Assembly (NCBI GenBank): GCA_002269645.1
Contig: NIVC01003990.1
Coordinates: forward strand, 1 to 64,000
Reading direction: 5' to 3'
DNA length: 64,000 nucleotides
DNA from: Macrostomum lignano
Lineage: Eukaryota
Position numbers and translations under genes: made by a program. Under the pieces are notes generated by a model. That model had not been told where the DNA came from and searched no databases. It saw only the letters and a program-made list of their open reading frames with translations. Shown piece after piece: positions 1 to 17,077 of the stretch (its first letter is position 1; every line of letters starts with the position of its first letter).

Positions 1-407
1 CCAAATGAGATTATACAAAACACAATGAGATTATCACACCCAATGAGATTATCCAAAGCCCCATGAGATTATGCAAAACCAATGAGATTATACAGAACCA
101 CAATGAGATTATACAAAACCCAATTAGATTATGCAAAACCCAATGAGAATTATCCAACATCCGATGAGATTATCCAACACCCAATGAGATTATTGCAACC
201 CCAATGTGATTATCCAAAACCCAGTGAGATTATTCAACACCCAATGAGATTATCCAAAGCCCATGAGATTATAAAAAATACCCAATGAGATTATACAAAA
301 CCCAATGAAATTATCCAAAATCTAATGAGATTATACAACACCCAATTGAGATTATCCAACACAATGAGATTATCCAAAACCAATGAGATTATCCAACACC
401 CAATGAG
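1..407. repeat. ~20-bp tandem satellite (consensus CCCAATGAGATTATCCAAAA), left arm
   Basis: Direct tandem repetition with single-base variants; runs off the window start; interrupted at 408 by the LINE. Confidence 0.97.
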
Positions 408-863
408 GGGGGCAAACGGCCAACTTAAACCGAGGGACTCTGTGACATCCGCCAGCTTTTCGTTTTTCGAGGAGGCTCTTCCCCCTCCTTTTCGTTCTGG
501 CCTGGCGTGGAAGCGGCTAGCTTCCTCGTCTTGGTCTGCTGGTGGGGACGGATCCCCCCTGCTGCTTTTTTGCGGGGCAGGTGGCTGCTAAGTAGTTGGC
601 TGCTGGCTAAGCGCCAACTACCCATCGACAGCCCTTAGTTGCAACTGGTACCACACGGGTTCTCGAGGGCCGCTCTTGTGGGGGAGGGCTCGGGCGTCGG
701 CTGTCAACTCGACCTGGCGCCTGTGTCCCAAGCCCGCAGCCGGCCTCCCGCCCCTGATCTTGCAGAGTGTGGACCGGGGGCCTGCCGGAGCCTCGCCTGG
801 GAGCAATCCTGGGATAAGACGGCAACCCAAAGCTTCTCTGCTGTTTACCGTGGCAGAGGGTAG

Positions 864-5693
<4,830 letters not shown>

Positions 5694-5779
5694 TCCTTGT
5701 GCTCTTTTACCTTGGGGTTGCGATAGGGGCCTCGCGGCCTATTCGCGGCGCCTGCGCCCCCCGTCAGTAGTAAGTAAGT

Positions 5780-6838
5780 AACACCCAATGAGATTATCCA
5801 AAACCCAATGAGATTATCCAACACCCAATGAGATTATCCAAAACCCAATGAGATTATCCAACACCAATGAGATTATACAAAACCCAATGAGATTATCCAA
5901 AACCCAATGAGATTATCCAACACCCAATGAGATTATCCAAAGCCCCATGAGATTATACAAAGCCCAATGAGATTATAAAAAACCCAATGAGATTATCCAA
6001 AACCTAATGAGATTATACAACACCCAATTAGATTATCCAACACCCAATGAGATTATCCAACACCCAATGAGATTATCCAAAACCCAATGAGATTATCCAA
6101 CACCCAATGAGATTATCCAAAACCCAATGAGATTATCCAACACCAATGAGATTATACAAAACCCAATGAGATTATCCAACACCCAATGGGATTATCCAAA
6201 GCCCCATGAGATTATACAAAACCCAATGAGATTATACAAAACCCAATGAGATTATCCAAAACCTAATGAGATTATACAAAACCCAATGAGATTATCCAAC
6301 ACCAATGAGATTATGCAAAACCCAATGTGATTATCCAACACCCAATGAGATTATCCAACACCCAATGAGATTATCCAAAACCCAATGAGATTATCCAACA
6401 CCCAATGAGATTATGCAAAACCCAATGGGATTATCCAACACCCAATGAGATTATCCAAAACCCAATGAGATTATGCAAAACCCAATTAGATTATCCAAAA
6501 TCCAGTGAGATTATCCAACACCCAATGAGATTATCCAACACCCAATGAGATTATCCAAAACCCAATGAGATTATCCAACACCCAGTGAGATTATACAAAA
6601 CCCAATGAGATTATCCAACACCCAATGAGATTATTCAACACCCAATGAGATTATACAAAACCCAATGAGATTATACAAAATCCAATGAGATTATCCAAAA
6701 CCCAATGAGATTATCCAAAACCCAATGAGATTATCCAAAACCCAATTAGATTATCCAAAACCCAATGAGATTATCCAACACCCAGTGAGATTATACAAAA
6801 CCCAATGAGATTATCCAAAGCCCAATGAAGTTATAAAA
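5780..6838. repeat. ~20-bp tandem satellite, right arm
   Basis: Same unit as 1-407, about 50 copies, resuming in register at the TSD. Confidence 0.97.
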
Positions 6839-7979
6839 AGTCAAGATCAAAACACTTGGAATCCAGAATAAATTAATTACTTTGCTCTCTCAAATTGAAT
6901 CACAAACAACGCTGGCCAAGCATGCCATTTTATAATTAAACTCATTCAATCATTTAAACAAATCAAACAAAAGCAAATAAGGATTTTCAAATTCAAAATG
7001 AGATCAGTAAAACAAAACAGCTGCTTTGAAATGGCGGGCGGTCATGCAACCAGCCAGCACAGGACTTGTCCAGTATGACAACTATTTTGTACAGATACAA
7101 AAAACACTCTCGGGTATTGTTGGTGCTGCTAAATAAGCAATTCAATATGCCGCAGGTATGGCATGAGCAACTTAATCATGGACAGATGTTTATAATTAAT
7201 GAAATTGTCAAATATCCCAGGTACACACAAGAAATGCAACATCAGAAAAAATGGTTAATTTATTTATACATATGTCATAATAAAGGTATACTATGAATAG
7301 TAAATAATACAGTAATACAGCCCAATGAGAAAATTCTTTAAACCGAATACTCCAACACTCGTTGAATAGCTCAATACTAATTGCATACACGCATATGTAT
7401 ATAATCTAATAAATATTTGATTTAATGAACAGGTAAAATTACAGTTATAATTAAAACAAGAAGAAATTAAAAAAAACACAGCTTATCGAAAATCTTATAA
7501 AGCAATAAAAAAGAATCACAATTTTTGCAAACTTGCTCACTGATGCTTGCTGGTGCACAACAGAAGACACGGGAAGCGGGGGACATAGCCGGGAATACAT
7601 TGTTGTATAAATAAAGGTCTCGAGAAAAAACACACAATTCAAGAAAATAGCGCCTGAACTGAACGATCGACTTGAATGCTGCTGGTTTGCCATCATCATC
7701 CTGGTTTATTGAATGCGACCCCAACAAATTAAATAGCTAACGACTCACAGTTAGCTGTAATGATGCGCAATACACAACAGTTAGCGAAGCTGTTGAACTA
7801 CGATCTATATAATAAGCGGCTTTAAATAATTCTAAGTCGGCTAATAAAGCTAGCAATGCCGATAATGATTCTTGATGCGCGTGGCGGGGGCACCGATCGA
7901 GTGTGGAGATGAGATATGCGCATGTTGTCTAACAGGTAGCACGAGCACTTTATGAACTGCAGCTTGGGTTGGGGCACAG

Positions 7980-8505
7980 CTAGGCTGGACTGCCAGAGGC
8001 CCTGCTGACACCACTGTTGTACCTGAGTGGTTGTCGCTGCTGCTGCTGCTGTTGCTGTTGTTGTTGTTTAAGCTGCTGCGGATGCTGAAGATGAGGCGGC
8101 ATGGGCGGCTGCAGAGGCAAAGGCAGCGGCAGAGGGCCAAGCATGCGGTGCTGCTGCTGCTGCTGCTGTTGAACCATCTGCTGTTTCCGAAGCATCGCCT
8201 GGTGCTGCTGCTGTGGCGGCGAGCGCAGCAATCCGTGCATCTGCAGCTCCTCCTCGCTGCACGCGCCCGAGCTGCAAGGCGAGCCGCTGCTACGCGACGG
8301 ACAATCGAATGCTTGCCGATCCTGGCGGACGCGTTCGAGCATGCCCAGCAGCTTCTTGATGGCGCCCTGGGTGAACTCCAGCGCCTCCAGTGTGGGCCTG
8401 TCTATGGCCAGCAGCTGCTCGAAGCTGTACTTGCGCAGCCGATCGAAGTATTTGTGCATCCGGTGCGTCTTCAGCCAGGTGAGTAGTTTAGATTGATAGT
8501 CTTGC
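7980..8505 (-). CDS. SAM-domain exon (Smaug/ZCCHC14-type) followed by a Gln-rich tail
   Basis: LLTWLKTHRMHKYFDRLRKYSFEQLLAIDRPTLEALEFTQGAIKKLL fits WLKxLRLHKY...L...G.T.GA.KKLL. CAG acceptor at 8506-8507. Confidence 0.85.
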
Positions 8506-9026
8506 CTGCGTGTGGCCGGGAGAGACATTGTACTCACAACTGAGGCACTGGGCTAGTGGCTATATATAACTAAATAGAGAACGGTCGCTCACCCATAATG
8601 GCAGGCTGGGTACACCGCGGTACCTTCACCAGTGTAACCGACGCTTCCAACTGTGAGAGATTGGAACTGCAGCATCAGGCCTGAAATGATTGTTGAAATC
8701 ATAATTGAGTGAATCGAATTCGGTTAACAGGTTATAGACGGCAATGTGGGATAAGTGGTCGAGCCTGGCGGATTCCAAGGATTGGGACTCACCGCTAAGG
8801 GGACTAGTGGGCGGCGGCGGCATCGGCGGGGGCAGCGGCGGCAGCTGGTGATGGTGGTGGGGGTGGGGGTGCGGCCCGGCGGGGTAACCGTAGTATGCCG
8901 GCGACTGCGGCTGCTGCTGAGGCGGCGGTGGCGGCGGCGGTGGCGCCTGCGGCAGAACAGCGAACGGAGACATGAAAGCTGCCGCAGCGTAATAGGGGCA
9001 CTGAGGCGGGCCGCCGAGGCAAGAGT

Positions 9027-9063
<37 letters not shown>

Positions 9064-12000
9064 AGACATTTGGTAGAGCATGTGGTGCGGCGGCACCGGC
9101 TGATAGTACTGGACTTGCATTGCAGTTACCGGGCTGTGTTGGTGAGATTCGGCTCAGTTGTGTTGTTGTTGCTGCTGCTGCTTTGACATGCGCAGCCTCG
9201 GCGCCGCTATTTATGAATGAGGCCGGCACAGCGGCCCGGGCGGGTGGGGAGCGGCCGGGGCGAGGTCAGGGGCGGGCCGGACAGCTGATTCACGGCGCTG
9301 GGCAACTGCTATTGGCTGCTGCCGCTGCTGCCGCTGCTGCTCAAAGGGGGTCTGGGTTAGAGGGAGCAGGCTAAGACAGGTAATGGGCGTCGGCGGAAGG
9401 GGCGGAGTGGGGGGCTGACGCGTGGCTGAGTACACTCAACATTTTCTGGGTAGGGGAAGGAGAGAGAGCTATCAACACTGCAGAATGTTGGACTTGTGAG
9501 CAAAGAAGAGTAACGCAGACAGGCGGAGAGCGTAGAGCTTTCGCTTTCTTCTATCTAGTTTTGGTATCTGGCAACGCTTGACTAACTAGCCATTGTTAGG
9601 CATTTGTGCCTGTTCTGTCTGACTGACTAACTGACTAATTCCCGCTGGGGCTGAATGAGGCAGTAAGGGCGGTCGGTCAAGGGCTCCCCCCCAGTCTCTC
9701 TCACCTGGTTTGGCCGCGGCCGAGTCCGAGCTGGCCCGGCTGTGGGCCACTGTCGGCGGCTGCGGCGGTCGGGGTGGTCGGCGGGCGGAGAAAAACTCGA
9801 CAATGTCGGCCGAGCGCCTGACGGGCTCTGGCAGTTCAACAAGCAACCTTGGAGGGTGGGAAGAGAAATGATAGGGCCGGGTGATGGCGATAAGGTAGCC
9901 GGGTGTTCCACATCTGAAAGGATTCCTAACACGCAGTCCCTGGTGCTTGTGAAACGGAAGGGAAGGCGGGCCCGGGACGTAGAGGGCTAACTAATAAATT
10001 CTAAGTGCTTATTTTCCTGCTTTTGTGTGTTTCCGACATCTGGATGACACTTATTCATGCACATAAAAATCTCCGACGGTCAATTATCAATTTATTAGAC
10101 CTTTTATTTATAAAGGTAGCTAAGTAGATTATATTCCTAAACTGTGGTCAACATAGCATTGTAATATAGCAAGTGCAAGAGGTCAAAGTGTAGGCACGGC
10201 AGGTAGGACAGGATCCAGTTGAGATACTATTTTTAGTAACAAAACTCTTCCCCCACCCGGGCAAGGAAGAGTCATGAGCAGTGGGGAGGGGACTATCCAT
10301 ATAGGGAACAGGGAGTGGGTATGGGCGGCAGAAAGTACCCGGCTTGTGCAGGGGCCCTCACCCCACCCCGGCAGAACAGTGCAGTCGTGCATTATTGAAA
10401 CTATTACATTCTCTTCTAATCTTAACCCAGATAAGACTGGCATGCAAGAAATAATAATTGCAGAAATTATCTCTTCGAAGAAAGTTACGAATGCAGATTT
10501 TTTTACTAAAATGCCCAGACTTTTAAAAACTTAAAATACATGAAGAAATAAAAATTTTCTAACAACAATAGAAAATAAAATAGGTTGAATAGCTGCTAGC
10601 ACAGTCGGCAAAAGCCATCCGAAATAGAAATGGGTGGGAGTGACCCAAGCAACAACATTCATACTGCAGGCACAGCGGGTGGGTCAATCACACAACACAC
10701 GCACAGTTTGCTAATACCCACACTAGGGCAGCCTCCTCTGCCCTCGCGCACACACACACACCAACTCTGTATAGATAGATGGTCTGGGTCAGGTTCTGCA
10801 GGTTTTTGAGTCTGCACAATATGCAAAATAGCGCCTATTACTACAGAGCTACCTGTTTACTTGAAGGCTCCAGAAAGGTGGGGGGGGGGCTTACGAGATG
10901 GGGCAGTGGCAGCCACAGGTTTAGCTGTTGGGCCCTAGTAGCAGCAGCAGCTCTCAATATCGACAGCAGCCTTGCGTATAGCGGAATAAACTGATGAGGC
11001 ACACAGTTTACGTTGAGAAAGAAAGACGCCTGCCTAAAATACGCGAATTCCATTCAGGTAAGAATTCGGCACACAGCCGGGGAGGCAGGGGGGGGGCAAG
11101 ACCTCAATAATGAGACTTCTTCTTCTTTTTCTAGTTTAGTTGGCTCAGAAGAAGATCACAGGACTCAACTCCGTTGGCTGCGTGCCAAGTGCCCACTCCA
11201 TACTCAGCCGCCGCCTACACACTATACGAGGAATTGAAGGGGGTCACCCGTCCCCCCGTGACCCCGCGTGTTGACTTGGCCAAGCAAGAAGCGATCCGGA
11301 AGCAGAAACAAACAGAGAACATGGCAAAGTAATTAGAAAAAGACAACTGATGACTGTGGAACTGCTTAGCCTATTAACTAAACTTCTTAATCCCCCCCCC
11401 AGATACAGAATTCGAACTATTCGAGTTGTTTATATAAGCGCAGAAATCTGACTTGCTTTGAATAGAAATTCTTGATTTTTTGAGTGAGCAAATATTATGA
11501 TTTCTGAATTCTGCTAGTGGCTAACAGGCATTTATTAGGATGGCCGACAGTGATGACATGAAAAACTTCGAATGCTTTGCAAGTAAAACTAACTCATACT
11601 CGATCTTGTAAAGCTCAAAAAAATTAATTCAAGGTTAACTTGCAGAACCCTACTCAGCACCTAAAACACCGGTTGCAGAACCCTACTCAGCACCCAAGAT
11701 ACTGGTTGCAGAACCCTACTCAGCACCTAAAACACCGGTTGCAGAACCCTACTCAGCACCTAAAACACCGGTTGCAGAACCCTACTCAGCACCTAAAACA
11801 CCGGTTGCAGAACCCTACTCAGCACCTAAAACACCGGTTGCAGAACCCTACTCAGCACCTAAAACTGGTTGCAGAACCCTACTCAGCACCTAAAACACCG
11901 GTTGCAGAACCCTACTCAGCACCTAAAACTGGTTGCAGAACCCTACAGCACCAAACACCGGTTGCAGAACCCTACTCAGCACCTAAAACACCGGTTGCAG

Positions 12001-15000
12001 AACCCTACTCAGCACCTAGAACACCGGTTGCAGAACCCTACTCAGCACCTAGAACACCGGTTGCAGAACCCTACTCAGCACCAAAAACCGGTTGCAGAAC
12101 CCTACTCAGCACCTAAAACACCGGTTGCAGAACCCTACTCAGCACCTAAAACACCGGTTGCAGAACCCTACTCAGCACCTAAAACACCGGTTGCAGAACC
12201 CTACTCAGCACCTAAAACACCGGTTGCAGAACCCTACTCAGCACCTAAAACACCGGTTGCAGAACCCTACTCAGCACCTAAAACACCGGTTGCAGAACCC
12301 TACTCAGCACCTAAAACACCGGTTGCAGAACCCTACTCAGCACCTAAAACACCGGTTGCAGAACCCTACTCAGCACCAAAAACACGGTTGCAGAACCCTA
12401 CTCAGCACCTAAAACACCGGTTGCAGAACCCTACTCAGCACCTAGAACACCGGTTGCAGAACCCTACTCAGCACCTAAAACATGGGCTTGACCTGCGATT
12501 GTCATCCCGCAACTCACCGAAGCAACATCTGCACGGCACTGGTGACGGACTCAGCGCTGAGCCGGGACGCCAGCTTGCCTCTGTTGAGCAGGCCGTCCAG
12601 CAGGGGAATTCGGGCAGCCTGCTGTGTCCGCAGATGCGGCTGCACCTGTGATAGTTTTAACAGTTAGAAACAAGCACGACAGGATGATGACATCGTAACG
12701 GTATAGATTTTAGCTTATTCTTGAGCATTTTCTCAATCCAAAATGCCGTCTCAAAGTCAATGAGAAAATCTTCCTCTTTGAGTTAACTTCCCTTGGGAAC
12801 TGAACCCCAGCTGAAATCTTGGGCAATCCGACCTGTGCGTGGGCCGAGTCCTAATTGAAAACGGCAGTTGCCAGAGCGAGTAACCTGCCAAGTACCTGCC
12901 AGTCTGTCCAGTCCTTATCAGATTTTGCTGGATTATAAACCAAAACCTCCTTCAACGACTGTTATATCCCATGACTGCGATGGATGAACAGTTTACGTCC
13001 GTGTTATAGTTTTTCAGCATTTACTTTTCTCGCAAGAGTCGCCCGATTGCAAAGTAATCGAGCCAACTACAATTGTACTTCTATACCCAAAGTCATAAAT
13101 TATATTTTTCGCCAATAGAGATAATGTTTTTTTTATAAACTCAACGGCGAAAATAAGGTAAAACGTGCAGTAAAAATAAACAGAGAGTCGGATTCAAATG
13201 CACCCAGAGGCAGTGAGGAGCGAATATATCTATTTAGCACCTAAATATCATCTCGGGGGCCGCATCTTACGCTCAGAAACTCTCGCAAACTGACAGAATA
13301 TTGCGGGTGAGAAGAGGGCGGCCACCTCCCTCCCTCTCCTCTGGCGACAATTGAGTTAGTTCGCATTGAGCATTGTTGCTCAATCTGTGCCAAAAGAAGG
13401 GAGAGAGAGAGACGGAGCGCTCGATCTTTCGAAGAGCCGACCCTGATGAAAGAAAAGACCCAGCGGCTGGTCCGCAGCTTCTTCATTCTTTTGATGGCGG
13501 CTTGAAATTAACTCAGCCCAACCCCCACCTGCAAAGCGCTGACAGGTGCGACAAACTGGATTTCATACAGCGAAAAATAGATTTGACAGTTTGCCCAGGC
13601 CTGGACAGACTGGGGCAGGCGGCGTGCAGCTTCTCAGATGAAGCTATTCATTTATTCATTCATTCACACGCCGCATGCTGAGAATACTTTAATTTTTGAC
13701 CCACTGACAGGCACGCGCAATAATAGCTAGAATGCTGAGGTTCTCAGAGTTGCTATGCTCGTATTGTAAAAAAAATTGGACACTTCATCAGACAGACTAA
13801 CTGTGCGTGAAATTAGTGATCTGGTTTAATTAAACCAGCAATACGGCTTGTTGTCTATGGCTTACAGCAATTACAGCACTTTTCAGACCCCTTAGAGAAG
13901 TATACTATTTAATACCCTCTAATTTCGTCTTCTATGGAAAAGAAAGTCCGAGGATGCACTTTATCAGGCCGAGGCGAAGCCGGGGTCTGAGAATAGCGTC
14001 CGAGGGCTTTCTACCATAGAACTCGAAACTAGTGAAACTAGAACACGACGGGAGCGGAGTGCGTTGGCGTTGCCAAGCTTGTGTATATGGTTTTGGAGGT
14101 AGACAATGATTGTCTTTAACAGTATTGACAGTATTGTCTTTTTCAACAGAAAAGAAAGGCCTCGTTAAACGATACATTATATAGTTTTAGTAAAGAAGGT
14201 TAATAAGAAAGACTATAGAATTAAAAGCAAATATTTAAATCAAACTCCTGCTTCTCTTTCTTCTGCTCAGTGAGGAAGAGGAAAGGGAAGGCGCGGGTGC
14301 CGCTCGGCTGTGTGTGTGGAATTCTGCCGGCATCAACTGACACGCAATAAAACACGTCAGGTAAGGCAATACAAGGTTGGCAGTGCAATTTTACCTTAGC
14401 GTAGAGAGCCAGCAGGTCCGACAGGCTTCTGACAATTTCAGAACGGACACTGCCAGGCCAGAGAGTCGCCTGCAAGTGCAAGTGTGCGGAAGCTGAGGCT
14501 GAGTCGGGAGTTGCATGGCATAATTGAGGCGCAGGCAGAGAGGGAGAGGCTGAGGGGTGAAACGGGGCCGCGGGAGACCTGATCACGTGAATGAGGGAAG
14601 GGGTTGCTTTTTTCCAAACGGAGCGGGAACGCTCTTTTAGTGGTCAGCCCGTCTACCTGCCTTCCTCTCTGCACCTGCCGTAGCTATTGATTCAACACAG
14701 CCAACAGCCAGCTAAAACATGTAATTGCCCCCCCCCATAAAATGATTTGTTATTCCCAATTGACTTGACAAGTAGCCCCATGCTATTTCTTACTTTCTAC
14801 TGGCAGTAGCTGAGGAAGATATTTTCAGCAAATAAATTGAATGAAAATTTCTTATTGGCCCACTTACGTGGATGCAGAACGGCGCGTCGAGGCCGACAGA
14901 GCCGACGGGAGCGGAGTGCGTCGGCGTCGCCAGGCTGGCCTGACGCAGGCACAGACCTGCGGGTTGTTGGGAGTATCAACTACTTGAGCGCTCAGCTACT

Positions 15001-17077
15001 TTTTCGGTAGTACGCAGAGGGGTCCAATGGAGCCACACCAAAGGGACTGACACTGAAGTGACTGACACTGAAGTGACTGACACTGAAGTGACTGACACTG
15101 AAGTGACTGACACTGAAGTGACTGACACTGAAGTGACTGACACCGAAGGGACTGACACTGAAGTGACTGACACTGAAGTGACTGACACTGAAGTGACTGA
15201 CACTGAAGTGACTGACACTGAAGTGACTGACACTGAAGTGACTGACACTGAAGTGACTGACACTGAAGTGACTGACACCGAAGTGACTGACACCGAAGTG
15301 ACTGACACTGAAGTGACTGAAACCGAAGTGACTGACACTGAAGTGACTGAAACCGAAGTGACTGACACTGAAGTGACTGACACTAAAGTGACTGACACTG
15401 AAGTGACTGACGCTGAAGTGACTGACACTGAAGCAAAGCATTGGCCTGGCACTCCTCACCCGGATAAGCAGCAGTTCCAGTCCGTTGCTTCTTTGGTCTG
15501 CTGCCCGGCGGTCTTCTAGCTTCGACATCGAGTTCGGTGGCATCCGACAGTCGTCTCTGCCGCCAGTGCTGCATCAGAGCCGTCATCATCGGCGGCAGAG
15601 GCGGAGCCGTGCCGAGCCAAGCAGATTCATCGGCAGCGGCGGTTGTGACGGCGGTGGCAGATCGGGAGCGCAGTCGATGACCAGCCACCGTTGGCGTTGT
15701 CGATGCCGCAGCGGCCGCGCCAGACTGTCGAAGTGTACAGTCTGAACAGCAGACGGCTTCGGGGTTCGAATCCTGTTTGAAAATTAAACCGAAGTTTGAC
15801 TTGATTTTGAGCTATAGAAATATTTTATTTGGTGACTACTGTGAGTAGTTGAAATCTACAATATTGCCAGTTTGACTAAAACTTTACCGACAATAAATCA
15901 AATAAATCAAATAAATCAAACTTGCTGTACGACGGGAGAAAGTTGCGCGATGGGAGGAATTTAACTTGATTATAGCTGCCTGCCAATAAAGGACCCTGTG
16001 CAAGTAGTGGTCTGGTTTCTAACAAGTCTACTAACAAGTAGCAAGACAAGAATATAAGGCTAGCCAATCTTTCATAGTTTGTGTTAAGGGTTGGACACTG
16101 ATAGTTAAATAAATAGAACCTATAGAACGGGTGTGTGCCCAGGGCCGGGCCTAGATCTAAGCGACTAAGACTATCAGAAAAAGAGCGAGGACCCAGAAAC
16201 CGTTTCTCCTCTATTGCTAGAAGTCCGATAATAATAAAAATAATTGATTACACCTGCCCCAATGGACAGACGTACAACCGACAGCTCAGCCGCAGCTATG
16301 GGGGGGGGTCGCCACACACACCCTCAATTACCCCAGCTAATGCTGGCACCCATTTTACAGCTGGGTGAACTGAAGCAATGCAGAGTTAAGGTGACTTGCT
16401 CAAGGACACAAATTTTTCCTGAGGGATCAGGAATCGAACCCCCGACCTATCAGTCGTGCGTCTGACGCTGTAACCCCCAGAAACCGGAGCAGCTGTTAAA
16501 TAGAGGGACGAACCCTAGCAAGAGCCAGCCGGCTGGCCAGGGCCCGCTGCACCGGCAGCATTCGCAGTCGGCTGGCGAACGGCAGCGCCGGCTGTCGCAG
16601 GGCCAGCGCGCCAACCAGGCAAGCGTGACGCAGGAGGCCACCGTCATTACCACCGGATGCATCGCCTGCGGCGTTAGTGGCGCGCTGAAGATCCAGCCGG
16701 GCGAGCCAGTCGGCCAGCAGGCGGCCGCAGTCTGCGTTGTCGGGCCGCACCAGAGCCAGGGCCAGCGTCAGGCGGCACAGCGCGGCATCGACGACGGCGC
16801 CGCCGCCGCTGCCACCCGCCTCGGGCTCGGTCAATCGGAGTAGCTCGGCTGGCGAGTTGACGCGAGCTTCGGCTTCGCGCAATTCAATGGTGCCGGCGCC
16901 GGCATCGGCGGCAGCTGCGGACCAGGTGGCTAAAAACCGGAGCTCGAGAGGTGCACAATTGAGCAGCAGCGAGCTGAGCAGTTCGATGCGCTCGTGCGGC
17001 TCCAGGCGGCTGCTGAACCAATTCAGAACAGAGTCGGGGGTCGGGTCGCTGGTGTCGTTGTTGTGACTGTTAGACAT
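7980..17077 (-). CDS. ZCCHC14: ZCCHC14/ZCCHC2 (GLS-1)-like multi-exon gene: N-terminal conserved domain + PX-like + SAM
   Basis: Exon 1 (17077 to about 16515) has VLNWFSSRLEPHERIELLSSLLLNCAPLELRFLA, matching the ZCCHC14/2 N-terminus (WFxxLxxxQRVEFLCGLLxxCxPLELRFL). GT-AG, phase-consistent exons 15741-15460, 14956-14868, 14469-14395, 12645-12518 and 9847-9705 join into a PX-like segment (FCIHATLWPGSVRSEIVRSLSDLLALYAK...LLVELPEPVRRSADIVEFFS). SAM domain in 8505-7980. Exon structure in the Pro/Gln-rich 9430-8620 region and the true 3' end are unresolved. No clear zinc knuckle seen. Confidence 0.78.
11640..12481. repeat. 33-bp intronic minisatellite (CCGGTTGCAGAACCCTACTCAGCACCTAAAACA), ~25 copies
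   Basis: Highly homogeneous tandem array inside the 12517-9848 intron. It explains the LQNPTQHLKHR ORFs. Confidence 0.95.
15043..15432. repeat. 15-bp intronic minisatellite (GTGACTGACACTGAA), ~26 copies
   Basis: Tandem array filling the 15459-14957 intron. It explains the VTDTE/VSVTS ORFs. Confidence 0.95.
16230..16485 (-). mobile_element. tRNA-derived SINE with CORE-like central domain (copy 1)
   Basis: The reverse strand has a tRNA-like head (GGTTACAGCGTCAGAC...GGTTCGATTCC box B), then TGTGTCCTTGAGCAAGTCACCTTAAC...CAGCTGTAAAATGGG, which resembles the MIR CORE. The 3' segment ATAGCTGCGGCTGAGCTGT is shared with the copy at 44552. Confidence 0.75.

Noticed and set aside
7890-7945. Possible C-terminal zinc knuckle of the ZCCHC14-like gene (CYL...RQHAHISSPH)
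   Set aside because: It needs an inserted base and still lacks the last Cys; unsupported.
8031-9374. Plus-strand Leu/Arg/Ala-rich ORFs
   Set aside because: They are antisense shadows of CAG/CCG-rich minus-strand coding sequence.
10980-11260. Plus-strand spliced mini-gene (GTAAG donor at ~11058, AG acceptor at ~11133)
   Set aside because: No sustained open frame or recognisable domain.
11640-12651. ORFs LQNPTQHLKHR / PVAEPYSAPKT as proteins
   Set aside because: They are antisense within an intron of the ZCCHC14-like gene, switch frames frequently, and have no credible start or signal context.
14976-15543. VSVTS / FSVSH / VTDTE repeat ORFs
   Set aside because: They are products of a 15-bp minisatellite lying between well-supported splice sites.
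16440-16485. tRNA gene (also 44552-44625)
   Set aside because: No complete cloverleaf, and it is followed by a CORE-like body; this is a SINE head.
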